A DNA stretch of 61,285 bases, the filler included, from Rhabdomonas costata (lineage: Eukaryota), in assembly GCA_019059605.1 (NCBI GenBank). It is 21 parts of 21 records of this genome, joined end to end, with 100 filler letters (N's around TTAATTAATTAA, not from the genome) between each part and the next. Parts side by side here need not be neighbours in the genome. Positions count along the whole stretch, not along the records: positions 1 to 2,825 come from JAHMHO010001972.1; positions 2,926 to 5,749 come from JAHMHO010001973.1; positions 5,850 to 8,673 come from JAHMHO010001974.1; positions 8,774 to 11,596 come from JAHMHO010001975.1; positions 11,697 to 14,520 come from JAHMHO010001976.1; 16 more parts are not named here. The stretch is one strand, 5' to 3'. Made by a program: the position numbers and the translations under genes. Below the pieces are notes generated by a model that searched no databases, was not told where the DNA came from, and saw only the letters and a list, made by a program, of their open reading frames with translations. The first letter of the stretch is position 1. Each line of letters starts with the position of its first letter. This document shows positions 1 to 11,818 of the stretch, piece after piece.

Positions 1-713
1 TGGGCAATGATTTCGTGCTGGTGTGTAGAAGGATGTCGTGTGTGATGTTATTTAGAGATTGGGTTTAACTGGATGGAAGGAGCACGGCCGCTTTCCGAGT
101 AGCACGTTTCCTCAGTCGCATCACTTTGTGATGACATTCTTTTTTCGGAGGTCTTATGAGCTTTGCTCGAGTCCGTATTCTGATGGTGGAAGTGGAAGGG
201 CGGGTTTTATCACCAACAGGACACGGTCAAGTTTGGTACTGAGATGTCCTTTATCATATGCCTTCCCTGTCATCTTTTCGGTCGAACAATCGTCAGTGAG
301 TTCACCAGTCGGGAAAATTTTTAACTGGATGATTTTTCCAGTTTAATGTGGAGCTCTTTTTCTGTCGTGCACAGGCCATGTCATCAAACGGCGAGGCTGT
401 AGCATCTCTTGCGCCCATGGAGACCGGATCTCTTGCACAGTCTGCGAAACCCCAGCCGTATGCCGGAACAGTTTTCCCCTTGATCCTGTCGACAATTGTT
501 CAAATAATGTGTGTTCGTCAATTTCATTAAAATCAAGCGCCGACAGGAATGAAGGCGTCTTAGGATGAAGGCTGACAGAAATGAAGGCTGAGAGGAATGA
601 ATTCATTGGACGCATGTTGCATCGCACAGGTGATGGTCAGATTTTTGGACTGGTACTTCTTTTGAATTTGGAAGCAAACAAAGCTTTTCCGGCCCGCTTT
701 TCCATCTTAGCCA

Positions 714-783
714 GTTTCCAATGTTTCAATGTTTCCAAAGGGTTTCCAAAGGGTTTCCAAAGGGTTTCCAAAGTTTCAAGGGT
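714..783. repeat. Short tandem repeat, 11-bp unit (GGTTTCCAAAG) with degenerate flanking copies
   Basis: gtttccaatgtttcaatgtttccaaagggtttccaaagggtttccaaagggtttccaaagtttcaaggg read directly. Confidence 0.9.
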
Positions 784-2051
784 ATTGACAGTGCGAAATG
801 TTTTCTTGCATACACTGCCAAGAAGGGCACCCTGGAGTCCGCACCGAGGATTGTCTCTGAAGGATTTGCTGCCATTGCCACTGCCACTCCCATTGCCACT
901 GCTGTTGTCGCCTTTGATCGTTGTGGAGAATATGAAACAAGCATCCTTCGAGCCAAGCACGCTTGTGATGCCGGTTCCCGAGTCTGATTCTTCTGTGAAA
1001 GAGATCATTCTTCGCACTGACAATTTTTCTATGTTTTTTTTTTTGCTTTTGATGGAAGTAGGTAGTACAAAAACCAGAGATAGAGTTTCGTGTGCAATCG
1101 TATACAAGAGTTTTATCTGCCTGAAGCTTCCTCACGGGGTCGGATGACGTGCTACAGTAACGCGTCATTTCGGTCAATGCCCCGTTGCCCCAATCATATA
1201 CAAAAATACACACCCAACCACAAACAAGTTTACAGCACAATGCCCTGTGTTCAAAACAAAAGCAAAATGCCAGGCAATACTTCCCTGTGGTAGTGCCTGT
1301 CCCGGGCACACGGCTCCGGCTCCGTAGAGAACAGGTTGAATAGTGTTGGAGGTGTACGTGCTGGCTGAGCTTGAGTTGGCTGAGGTTGACCGTTATGGGA
1401 CATGTAGCCCAAGGCTAGCCGCTGCTGAGTTTAGGTGTAGAAAGCCTGATCCGGGATTGGGGCCCATTTCCTCGGCCACCGAGAGCCCTCAACTTTGCCG
1501 TGCAATGTCCAAGCGGGAGAACAGTCCTTCAGCTGCTCCCGCTGACGGTGGTGGTCAGATGCCAGGACAAACATGTGAGATATGCCGCGATGAGATCCGC
1601 AGGTCGCAAGAACACGGTTGAGGATTTGAGATCGCGAGGATCATATCAGAGATGCTTACCAGAGTGGCCAGGCTGCCGCGGTGGTGTCGCTAGGGAGCTC
1701 AAGTCCGAGGACTCCTCTAACCGCCGGCAGAGTTGCTTGTATCCAGGCGTTGACAGAGGACGGTTCTCCAAATAGAGTATCAAATCTTGTCGCAATGAAA
1801 TGGTCACGGCCTCCAAGGCATCGGTAGGCCAGTCGTCGTTGTGCGTAGCCTAGCAAAGATACTCGCTGAAAGGACCAATATGAACTATATCGGAATCGCA
1901 AAATGTGGTATTGGGAGAATTGGCGTTTGGTCGGGGGAGGTTGTGTTAATGTAATGAGTAATGATCTTTAGATAATGATTTGAGTGATCTTCCTGTGCCA
2001 TACTGCCCCAGTGTAGTGATGAGGAGGCGCTCTTGTCTCTTGTGTGTTCAG

Positions 2052-2825
2052 GCCTGAAACAAGGGCTGCTGTTGACCGATTCCAAGCCGCCCAGGCCCAG
2101 GCCCAAACCCAACCCCATGCTCAAGCCGAGGCAGAGGCTCAATCTCAAGCCCAGGCCCAAGCCCGAGTCCATGCCCAAGCCCATGCTCAAGCCTACGCCC
2201 AAGTCCAAGCCCTAACCCTTACTCAAGCTGAATTCCAGGCTCAGGCCCAAGCTCTGGCCCAGACGCAAAGGCAACCCACAATGCCAAGCCATCAGGTCCC
2301 CACCCCACTGCAGCCGGCATCTTCAATTCCGCTGCCCTCGGCTCCCCAGGGCGCACCACCCGCCTCGTCGACATCCTCGTTTTCTCTGGCTCTCGCTCTC
2401 GAGCCTTCACCTTCGCGCTCTGCTCTTGGACACCCACTTCCTATTCCAATGGTAACCTTACCCGATCCGCTCAGGCCGCCGAGCCATCCCTTTCCGCCTG
2501 TGTCCCAGCCAGCGGTCTTCCCTAAATCCCCGGACGTGGTAGCATCCACGCTGGCCGCTCCCAGTGTTCTTCACTCCCAGTCTTCAACCCCGCAGGGAAC
2601 CTTGGCCCCCCCGTTTTCCACACCCATGAATACCCACGAAAATACTTCGGATCTCAGATGGCCGCTGTCGCCTCAGAGAGTTATCTTACCGCCTTCCTCC
2701 CTGTCAATGCCGAAGACTTCGCAGGGGGGCGGCACTCCTGGTATAACGGCACCAGCACTGCCGGAAACAGACCCGCTCCTTCCACATCCTCAGTGGCCAC
2801 CCCAGCCATCAGCTCCCCTTTCCCC
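2052..2825 (+). CDS. Exon of a low-complexity Gln/Ala- then Pro/Ser-rich protein (partial)
   Basis: A pyrimidine-rich acceptor (cttgtctcttgtgtgttcAG) is followed by a stop-free frame of more than 250 codons to the contig end, with (QA)n repeats using varied codons and then a P/S-rich region. No domain recognised. Confidence 0.65.
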
Positions 2826-2925
2826 NNNNNNNNNNNNNNNNNNNNNNNNNNNNNNNNNNNNNNNNNNNNTTAATTAATTAANNNNNNNNNNNNNNNNNNN
2901 NNNNNNNNNNNNNNNNNNNNNNNNN
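2826..2925. other. Artificial contig linker (44 N + TTAATTAATTAA + 44 N); first of 20 identical copies
   Basis: The same 100-nt linker, with stops in all six frames, starts at 2826, 5750, 8674, 11597, 14521, 17444, 20366, 23289, 26212, 29133, 32055, 34983, 37921, 40842, 43761, 46680, 49599, 52519, 55440 and 58359. The intervening contigs are all 2819-2838 bp. A separate linker-free 147-N gap lies at 54038-54184. Confidence 0.98.
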
Positions 2926-3863
2926 GTGTGTGGGTGGATGAAACCCTAGGTTTTATGTCAGCAACCTAACTGCCTGGAAACCACAGTCCAATGAGCACCA
3001 GCTACAGTTACAGCGCACATTCAGAACTCCGATTGTGCTCAAGGATACGGAATATCTTATGCACTTAAAACATGTTAAAATTGGGCGTTTCCCTGAACAT
3101 GTGTGCATTGGGCGTTTCCCCGGAACCTATGCGTTGCCAGTTGGCACTTTTGTACGCATAAATTTCCACATATAGGGTCTTTAGTATTTGCATCGAAGGC
3201 GTGAAACGTTCTGATATTTGCTGCTGTCAGCTATGCTACTCTAAATGCAACGAAAATAAGCAAAAAAAAAAATGCCCTTCTTCCTCTCACGCCGGAAGTC
3301 CGTTTTGGCCAGCCTGTCGTTGGATTATTTCTGTTTTTGTTGGGGGACATCAAAGGTGTACAACCCGTTTGTTCATGACGATTCTTTTTTTATTTCTCCG
3401 AGGATTCTATCGCCTGTCTATTTTATGACACTTTCGGTTCACCTTGCTGGCTCCCGCTGCTTTGAGATATGTTATACGGGAGGGTTTCTGTGCAGTCGGA
3501 CTTCCTTATTTCTACTATTCTTTGCTGTTCATCCTAGTTTTCAGTCTTCGACTTCCCACCCCCTATTTGTCATTTGTGTTTCTTATTATATTGTGTTCAC
3601 TTGCGAGACGACCGTTGTGCCTGCGCTTCAACACGTGTACCTTCACCTTCTCTGGGGGTTCGCTGGAGGACACGCTTCACCAATTAAGGTGCAGCTGGAG
3701 AGAAAAGAGAAAGGGAGCGAAGAAACCACAACCACAACCTTTGTTTGCAATGTGGTTTCGGTGTTTGCGGCAGACACACAGGAAGCATACGCAAGGGAAT
3801 ACAGGTAGCCGTGCATTGATACCCACTTCGGGTTATGATCAACCGCGTGCCGCTGTATTTTAG

Positions 3864-4326
3864 TGGAATTCTTCTTTACCTGAGTGGCAATTGTCGTGCG
3901 GCTTCATCTGTCGGGTACTGCCGACCAAATGCCACATGTCACCTCTTTGGCTTCTTGGCTTCTTAAGTGCCATTGGTACCAGCCTAGGTCACCCCATTCG
4001 CCTGGCTGCGATGTTTTATTGCTGATTGGACTGATTGAATTGCAGATGGATGAGCGCTGTGGGGGGTTTAAGATCGAATCGAGCTATATTTGGGGTAACG
4101 TGAATATTTTTCTTCTCATTTCTTGCGAGCTCAGTCCTCTGGTGCTGCTCAACTTACCTAGTCACCTCACCTGAGTACATTATGGCCCCCACAACGTTTG
4201 AGCCCCAAGCAATCTGGGCGGGCGTACTTGTGGTGGCGATGCTGACGGTCGTGATCACGCCTTACGTGTACCTCTGGGATGAGCCTGGGCTCCGGAAGTG
4301 GGTCTCTCTGTGCGAGTTTGGGCGAG
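3864..4326 (+). CDS. Putative multi-pass membrane protein, two exons (3864-3987, 4135-~4326)
   Basis: A GT-AG join gives ...MSPLWLLGFLSAIGTSL/VLWCCSTYLV...QAIWAGVLVVAMLTVVITPYVYLWDEPGLRK with two hydrophobic segments. Family not established. Confidence 0.4.
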
Positions 4327-5873
4327 GTATGTGGCCTTGTAATTTACGTGGAAGGATTATTGCGCTTACCTGCCCTTTCCCAAATTGAAGCGGGTCGGGT
4401 TAATAACACAACGCTGCTGTGGCGTCTGGGTCTGCGTCTAGCTCGGGGACAAGCAGATATATCCGGGATGGCCAATACTCTATATAGTGGTCGGCCTTGG
4501 CCTTGGGCTTGGGCTTGGTCGACACACTGGGGGCAGAATTGGTTGCTTGAGATGGTGGTTTCGATTCTGATGACACCGGATGCGATGTGGCACCGACAAG
4601 CAACTGCCGGGCTCTCCATTTTTGCTTGCCTTTATTTCTTGCCTTTACTGTGTTGAAGAAACCCAACAGCGTGTGTGCCATAGGAGGAATACCTCGCAGT
4701 TGCTGGAACCACTGTGGCTGTGGCTTTGGAATCGGAGGGACAAACGAACCAGGGACGAGAGGCTTCTAATTAGTGCAAAGAGTCGTAGCCCTCAAGCGAT
4801 TGGGGTTTCGCAAAGACATCTCCTAGCAATGCAAAAATGGCACACCCCGAAAAGCGGCCAGAAAGCGTTAGAAAGTTCGAAAAGGCGGAGGCGACCGAAG
4901 GCAGAGAGTCCTCCACAAAAACTGAGTCTCCTGTGAGTTGTTTTCGTTTTTCTTCTTGAAGGAGGAAGGAAAGTTGAGAACGGGGAGGTTTACTACGGTG
5001 ATCCCTTCCAAAAATAAAAGCTGTGGCTGATGGGGCGGATTCCGTTATCCTCCTGCTGTTCACCACGGTCGAGCGCATTATCACCATGACGGCGGGAATG
5101 TTCGAGCATGCCGTTGCAGGTTTGGTGCCGTGGCCTTCCTAGTTTCGGGTGGTCAAAGGTGTAAGGAGTCATCCCGGCTCCCCTTGTTCCCTGGCATATG
5201 CCTCTGCGACGCCCCCCCCCCATTCCGTATGTGAGGGATGGATGGTGCAGTGATACCCTTCGACTGGTGAAATTCTGGTGACCAGTTCGGGTCTTCGGGA
5301 GTTGATGGGAAGATTGCGGGTTTGTACGATTTTGCCAACCACTTTTGATCATTGTGCTCAGATGTCCCTTACTTTCTCCTCTTGGACTAAGTAGGTAGGC
5401 ATTGGAACTCGAAGGATCTGGAGTGTGATTTGTTGTATTCCCTTCGCTGGGTATCATGTCAACCGTGGGTGGGGTATGGGTCCAATCAGCCTGCTTGTTT
5501 TTCGGACCCCACAGGGCAGAAGTGGCATTATGTCCACCATTGATCGCCTTTATGTCAGATGGAACGGAACAGAGGGACGAAAAGGAGAAACGAAGGCAAC
5601 AAAGTCTTTCGGGGAGTATTTTGGCGATGGGCTTCATACGATTAACAACGTTAAAAAAAACTCTTCCGGTGTCAAACATTTAAAGCTGTTAACAACCCAA
5701 GTCAGTTTGTAGCATCGCTACCCCCCACCAACATCGTCGCCCCCAACACNNNNNNNNNNNNNNNNNNNNNNNNNNNNNNNNNNNNNNNNNNNNTTAATTA
5801 ATTAANNNNNNNNNNNNNNNNNNNNNNNNNNNNNNNNNNNNNNNNNNNNTGTGTGGGTGAAAATGTCACACAC

Positions 5874-6384
5874 CAGCTCACCAAGAAGGGCAACATTTTC
5901 ACCACGAACTATTCTCACGCCCATCGGGATGTCCCCATAGAGTTTCTTTTCCGGGCAGAACACCCGCTCAACGCAGTCCTCGAGAACCACGTTGGCTGCA
6001 TGCCCAGTACACGGACCCCCCGAGAGAGGAGAGTGACGAGTGACAAGAAAAGGTGGGGGCGTCCGAAGGACGTGAGCTGTTTTTATTAGCGGCAAGTGAG
6101 AGTTGTGGGTTCCACACAAAGGAATCAAAAGTTCATCATCGTTTAGAACATTACACAGAGCATGGGCTGCGTTTGTCTAATCACTTGATACAGGACGGTA
6201 CTGCACTCACGCAGTGGAAAAAACGGCGGAACACTGAATGCAAAAAATGAGGAATTATCAAATTCCGGAAAATCACAGCGCACCCATCATCGCACACAGG
6301 CGGCTCTGAACAGACCAAATTCATCGAATGACCGAAGGGTGCCGATGAGGGTCTTCCCGTTACGGAGCAGGAGGACTACTTGGC
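5874..6384 (-). CDS. LSM1: Sm-like protein LSm1 (internal exons 6384-6316, 5995-5874)
   Basis: The spliced product QVVLLLRNGKTLIGTLRSFDEF/ANVVLEDCVERVFCPEKKLYGDIPMGVRIVRGENVALLGEL has Sm1 and Sm2 motifs plus the LSm1-typical YGDIPxG and RGENV. The intron is GT-AG. The 5' exon was not resolved. Confidence 0.9.
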
Positions 6385-8515
6385 CTGGACAAGACGTCAC
6401 ATCGCCGCACAGAAGCGGTACGCTCCGAGAACAAAATAGGGAATTGGGGCGGATGAAGCTCACATAGCGTCCGTTACATGGAGCCCGTCTGGGAAAGGCA
6501 GAGTCCGAGTATATGCCCACTGACATACCCGCATTTACCGCATTTACCAACATAATCCACAATGGTGGGCAGTTTAGGTGAGTTAGTTGAATCAACCGTC
6601 GTTATTTTTCCATAACTGATACGCCACACTCCACCACACTCGAAATTCAAGTATACACATGGCCGGGCCGATGCCAACATTACTCCAGCGAGTTTACAGG
6701 AGACAGATGGTCGAGGCCGTCAACATACGAGTGAGTGATGGTACGAGCAAAAGGGATAGCGTGAAGACCGCTCAAACGAATTTGGAAGGTAAGCAGGGGA
6801 AATACATACCATCCAAATTTTCGGCAAACCAGCCCATTGTAATCTGAGCGAACCATTCCATTGTAAAACACGGGATTAAGACGAAACGGCTCTGAAGCTG
6901 CTTGGACGGATAGGTTTCGGCAAAGGGATAACATATGTGCGCCAGGTTCTGTGGGCGTCTGTGTTTGTGCGTGACATGGAGGATTTAGAGATGCCCTAGC
7001 CACTGAGCAATTGAACAGCTATGCAGCTGTACGTTCCATCCCCACCGCCCCTTTGCCCCGCCTCTTACAAATAACCTTTGTTTAACCCTAACTTTTCGAA
7101 GAATCTTCCGGCCGGGAGCTTTCTTGTGCTATATCTGCTTGAAGCCCGTTTTGGCTTGTAAGGATTGCAATAGATTCTTCTCTACCGTCTCTCATTGTAC
7201 TCGTGCCTTTCCTTATCCGCCGCCCACGTCTGTTGTGTGATTTTGTTTTTGTAATTTGGTTATTGCGAGAGAAAACATAGACCATTGGTGGGTTACTCAT
7301 GCTCGTTGGTGCTTCCGGGCGCATTTTTTTCAGCAAACTCGCAGTTAAGGACCAACAAGGACGCAGTTACGGTTTGCGACTACCCAATGCATTCTCTTCA
7401 TGAGTCACCGTGACCAAACATTTCGGGTTCGGGTTCGGGCCTCTTTCATTTTCTCCACCGGTTCCTGAGCACTCCCATAGCAAATGTCCAACGAAAAGGC
7501 TGTGATCGCAACCGTGGCCCTTGGAACATCGCAAACTGCTGCCCAAATCGGCAAAAACAATAGTATCCGGCAGCGGAACCGACTTTTCGAAGACCCACAA
7601 TCCCAGCAGATGGCGAACGGGTAAAGAACACATTACCCGCCCTCGCTCCTTTATCGGATCAGGAAGCCCCTTTCCGCGCCCGTGTATGCAAACTTTTTTA
7701 TGGACATACACTGAGCTGATCCCATTCCGCTCCCGACTGATTCCCACTGTAGATGCATTGTGCTTTTTTTTTGCTTGTCATTCGCTTGCAAAGGGTAAGA
7801 GGATCATATCATTATTCTACATCAGTTTTGGACTTTTCGTGTCTGTGCGTGAACCTTCGGTTAAAGAACACATCACCATCTGTGTTGGTTTGCAATCACG
7901 CCTTCAAATCACACGCACATTGCGTGTTTATGTACATTGTATGACAATGAATCCAGATGCGATCAAAAGAAACAGCAAACGAAGGAAAACCCAAGGACAG
8001 GGCCTGCACTTATCTGCATGATGAAATCAATCAGATAAGCAAAGGTACAAGACAACCGCCTATCCATTTGGGAAAAGGATCGGGCCTCCCTTGCTCAGAT
8101 GTCCAAAAGAAAGGCACCTAAGAGCCATGGGGAAGCAGCAGAAAAAAAACGGTAGACGGTAGAGACGGTAGAGCGAGGATCGCCAGAGAGTCAAATGGGC
8201 AGAACCACCAACCTGAAAATCTGTGCCACTTCCAGGTAGAAAGAAGGCAGATAGAGGAGCACCTTTGGGGAAAGAGCTGGTAAGCGGTGCGTGCACAGGC
8301 TTCTGAATTTGTCAACGAAAACATACGAGGTGAGTGAAGAAGCGCCAGATATAAAATTCACCAGCGCATGACGCGCGGTGGTCTCCCGATGGAATTCAAA
8401 CAATGTGCGGAAACCTGGATGTAAACGAAAGCCATTGCCAAAGGAATTTGCAAACACACATCCCAAACCTTCTCCACGAGCAGCTGCTGTGGCTATCTTT
8501 CCGGGACGAGATCGC

Positions 8516-8665
8516 TCACTTTTGCTCAAACCGGATCACTCCGTCCCATACCGTGCCTGGGGTCTGGCCAGCCCGGCACAGCTGCAGGAGAACCTGAGTG
8601 GGCCCATCCTCGGGCACCGTGCGCTGGGCCTGCTCAAACCACCGCGTGGCCTCCTCCAAGTTACC
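8516..8665 (-). CDS. C-terminal end of a class III adenylate/guanylate cyclase (TPR-like tail)
   Basis: GNLEEATRWFEQAQRTVPEDGPTQVLLQLCRAGQTPGTVWDGVIRFEQK* matches the F..A....P.D.P......C......WDGV....K* tail found after many bacterial-type and protist cyclase domains. The catalytic domain itself is not in the contig. Confidence 0.7.
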   Translation of the reverse strand, partial: GNLEEATRWFEQAQRTVPEDGPTQVLLQLCRAGQTPGTVWDGVIRFEQK

Positions 8666-10001
8666 CAAAAACCNNNNNNNNNNNNNNNNNNNNNNNNNNN
8701 NNNNNNNNNNNNNNNNNTTAATTAATTAANNNNNNNNNNNNNNNNNNNNNNNNNNNNNNNNNNNNNNNNNNNNGTGGTGGGTGTGGTTGGGCTGGTAAAC
8801 AAAAACACCCATCTTGGGGGCACTGTCGAAGTTTTTTTTAGCTGATCCTCTTACACTGAAATAGAGCTATTTGGATATTGTTGGCATGTTTTACCCAATC
8901 CTTTTCAAAGTTTTTTTTTTTTTTTTGCAAAAGCCAGTTTTCTGCCACCACTGCTAACCGCCCCCCCCCCCAACATCCATTGGGCCGAAGGTCGGGAGGT
9001 GTGTGGGGTCCACCCGCGTGCGAAGACCCGCACTGTGGCACGTTCCCCCTTGGGAACAGCGGGTTCATGGCGGGCCTCGACCTAAAGGCGTCTTCGTGTG
9101 AGAGCAGAACCGTTTTTAAAGGCATTCAGTTCCTTGAGAGAGTTATCTCTTTCTCATCTCTCGTCTACGTCCAGCTACCTTTTTCGTTTTTTCTGCTAGT
9201 AGTTGTACTTTGCAGATCCTGGGGTGAGAGTAAGGGTGTTGCACCGGATGAAATGAAGGGCGTGTTAGGCGCCCCGCAATTTTTTTCTCTGGGCATTTTG
9301 AGCTGCGGCAGCCGGCGGTGGGTAAGCAGTAGATCTTGGGGAAGGCTGCGTTTGAGCTTATATCCGCAGCGAATATACCTGCTCTCTATTGCCCTTGCGG
9401 TAGTGGTTTTTACCGACCTGACCACTCAAGTTTTTGTTTCTGCCGTGATGTGCATTCTTTGCCCTGCTGTGCTCTTGTGATGCTCTGTGACCGTAACGCA
9501 TTGGCGTCGTATTTTTTATTTTAGTCGAGCGTTGACGTCTTTTTTGACTTGGCTTCTCCACAGTAGTTTCATTCTGCCTGCTACCCAGGTCACTTGTTGT
9601 CCAAAGAACACCTGGCAACTGCGATGATTGTCTCGTGTGTGAACCTTCAGTGGTTCTATCGCAAACGTGGTTTTGTCGCAAACGTTTCTGATCATTTATC
9701 CTTCTTGCAGTTCCGCATTGGCAGTCACGAATATGAATGCTGTCCCCTTTCGAAGCAAACTGAACTTTGTCGATTTCCCAGTTATCCTCTGTAGGCTTCC
9801 AGTAAACATGATTCCAACGACTCTACAGTGATGTCAAGGAGAATCCTAAAACATACCCGCCTTGCGCATTCAGGCTGCGTGGTAAGCTCATGCCCAAGCC
9901 CTAAGGTTCCGATGCATTCCTGGGTCCCCTATCCTTGATTGAGTTTTTTCATGCGTAGAGTTCTCTTGGAAACAGGCCCGGAGGCTGAGGAGGGCAGATC
10001 G

Positions 10002-11405
10002 ATGTCTTTTGGGGAGGACTTTGGTGATGTCATAGGCCAGCTCAGTCTGAAGCATTACCTTGAGAAGGTCCCGAGACGCGGCAAACCACAAGCCAATGAG
10101 GTATGTACAGTGCGTGCGATTCGTATTTCAGTTACCAGAACGCCAGACCGTGTGTCTTGATACGGTGCTTTTTTTTTGTGAAGAAGGGAATGTATGTTTT
10201 TGGGCTGTCTGTTGTTTATAGTTGTGTTACTTCCGTGTGTCACATCCGTTGACCGACTACACGTACGATGAAGCAGATCACTCGAGGAATGACAACGAGG
10301 CTTCCCTTCCGCACACCTAAGAAGTTTCGGCGAGACATATGATAGCAGGGTCATGCGCTGGCCTGAGTTTTCCTTTCATTCACGTTAGCTGCCAAACACA
10401 CTTTGAAAAAATGCTGCTTGAAATGCTGTTGTTTGTCTCATTTTGGCAACTTTCTTTTTTAAGGTGACTGCCTTTGCTGCTATTGTGATGGAGGATGTGG
10501 CGGGGGGAAAGCTGACTGTGGTAGCTTTTGGGTCCGGGACAAAATGCGTTGGGCAAAGCACCGCTGACGATTTGCAGGTGACAATGACAATGCCTCAGAG
10601 TGGAGTGTGCGAGTGAGTGGGGAAACGTGAGAAAATCAATTACTTGTACACTGATGGCATCGTGGGATAGCAGCGTGGGGCGCATATTTTTCGCGTTAAA
10701 TGGCTGTCTGTGGTGCGATCCGGTCAGATGGCTGCATGTACGGTTTGTAATTGGTTGCCCATGGTTTATGGGTGCTTGTTGATTAAGGTCTGTCCTTCCT
10801 TCCCCTATGTTCTAGAAATACCCAATACCACCCCTCTGCACCACCTTATCAGGCCGTTTGAGCATTTGGACTTCTTTGCTCTGCGGTGCCTCATAGGTGA
10901 GTGGAACGGTGGTCATGGACTGCCACGCAGAGGTCATGGCTCGTCGCGCCTTTCTCAGGTTCTTTCCTTTTTCCCTTCATTTTGGTGATGAACGTGCTTC
11001 CAACTGCAATTTGTTGTTTTTTTTTGTGCTTCTGGGCGGGACAGGTTTCTGCTGGCTCAGGCGGAGCGATGTGCCCGGCAGCAGAGCAGCATCTTTGCCG
11101 TGCCGGGTGTGGCGGTTGAGGCACTGCAAGTGCAGCGATTACCTCAAAAGTGTGCCCGCAGCCTTTCCACGATCGTCGAGGAAGGCTGGGAAGGTGGCGC
11201 AGAGGAGTGTGAGCCAGCCCTGAGATTTCGGTTTCACCTGTTCTGTTCTCACGCGCCGTGCGGGGACGCCTCGATCTTTCCTCAGATGGAAGCTGCAGAG
11301 GAACCTCAGGCCCCGTGCCCCGGGGGGGCAAGACTATGGCGGGCGGATGTCGCTGTAGAGGGATGGTCCAACTGCTGTTGCTGGGGCAGGCAGGGTTTAT
11401 TGCTG
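10002..11405 (+). CDS. ADAT1: tRNA-specific adenosine deaminase 1 (ADAT1/Tad1; A_deamin family), partial; exons 10002-10100, 10464-10577, 10897-10958, 11045-~11405
   Basis: The spliced product contains the N-terminal HY...PRRGKP..NE motif, VVAFGSGTKC, the Zn/catalytic DCHAEVMARRAF and FHLFCSHAPCGDASIF. Three GT-AG introns join in phase. No dsRBD is seen, which favours ADAT1 over ADAR. Confidence 0.9.
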
Positions 11406-11447
11406 GTCATGTCGGAATGTGGGGGGATTCGGGAGTAATTTCACAGT

Positions 11448-11596
11448 GGTGGTCTTTCAAACTAAAATGGTCCAATTTTCACTGTTTGTGGATTTTGGAG
11501 ATGGAAATAAACGCCATGCGCATTAGCTGCCGTTTATTTCCATCTCCAAAATCCACAAACAGTGAAAATTGGACCATTTTAGTTTGAAAGACCACC
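11448..11596. repeat. Perfect inverted repeat, 66-bp arms and 17-nt loop, at contig end
   Basis: 11448-11513 is the exact reverse complement of 11531-11596. Confidence 0.95.
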
Positions 11597-11818
11597 NNNN
11601 NNNNNNNNNNNNNNNNNNNNNNNNNNNNNNNNNNNNNNNNTTAATTAATTAANNNNNNNNNNNNNNNNNNNNNNNNNNNNNNNNNNNNNNNNNNNNGGTG
11701 TGGGCTCACTTGTTCCTGAAAAATGCTTCCTCATCTCGCACTTGTGTGCTGTAGTCAGAACACGCAGCGCGGGGAATGTAAAAACTAGTCGGCGGGAGAG
11801 CTCAGTTAGAAGAGATAC

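Noticed and set aside
637..1107. 156-aa minus-strand ORF with LETL/GNGSG repeats
   Set aside because: The repeats come from the 11-bp tandem repeat and a low-complexity tract. No domain or clear splice structure was found.
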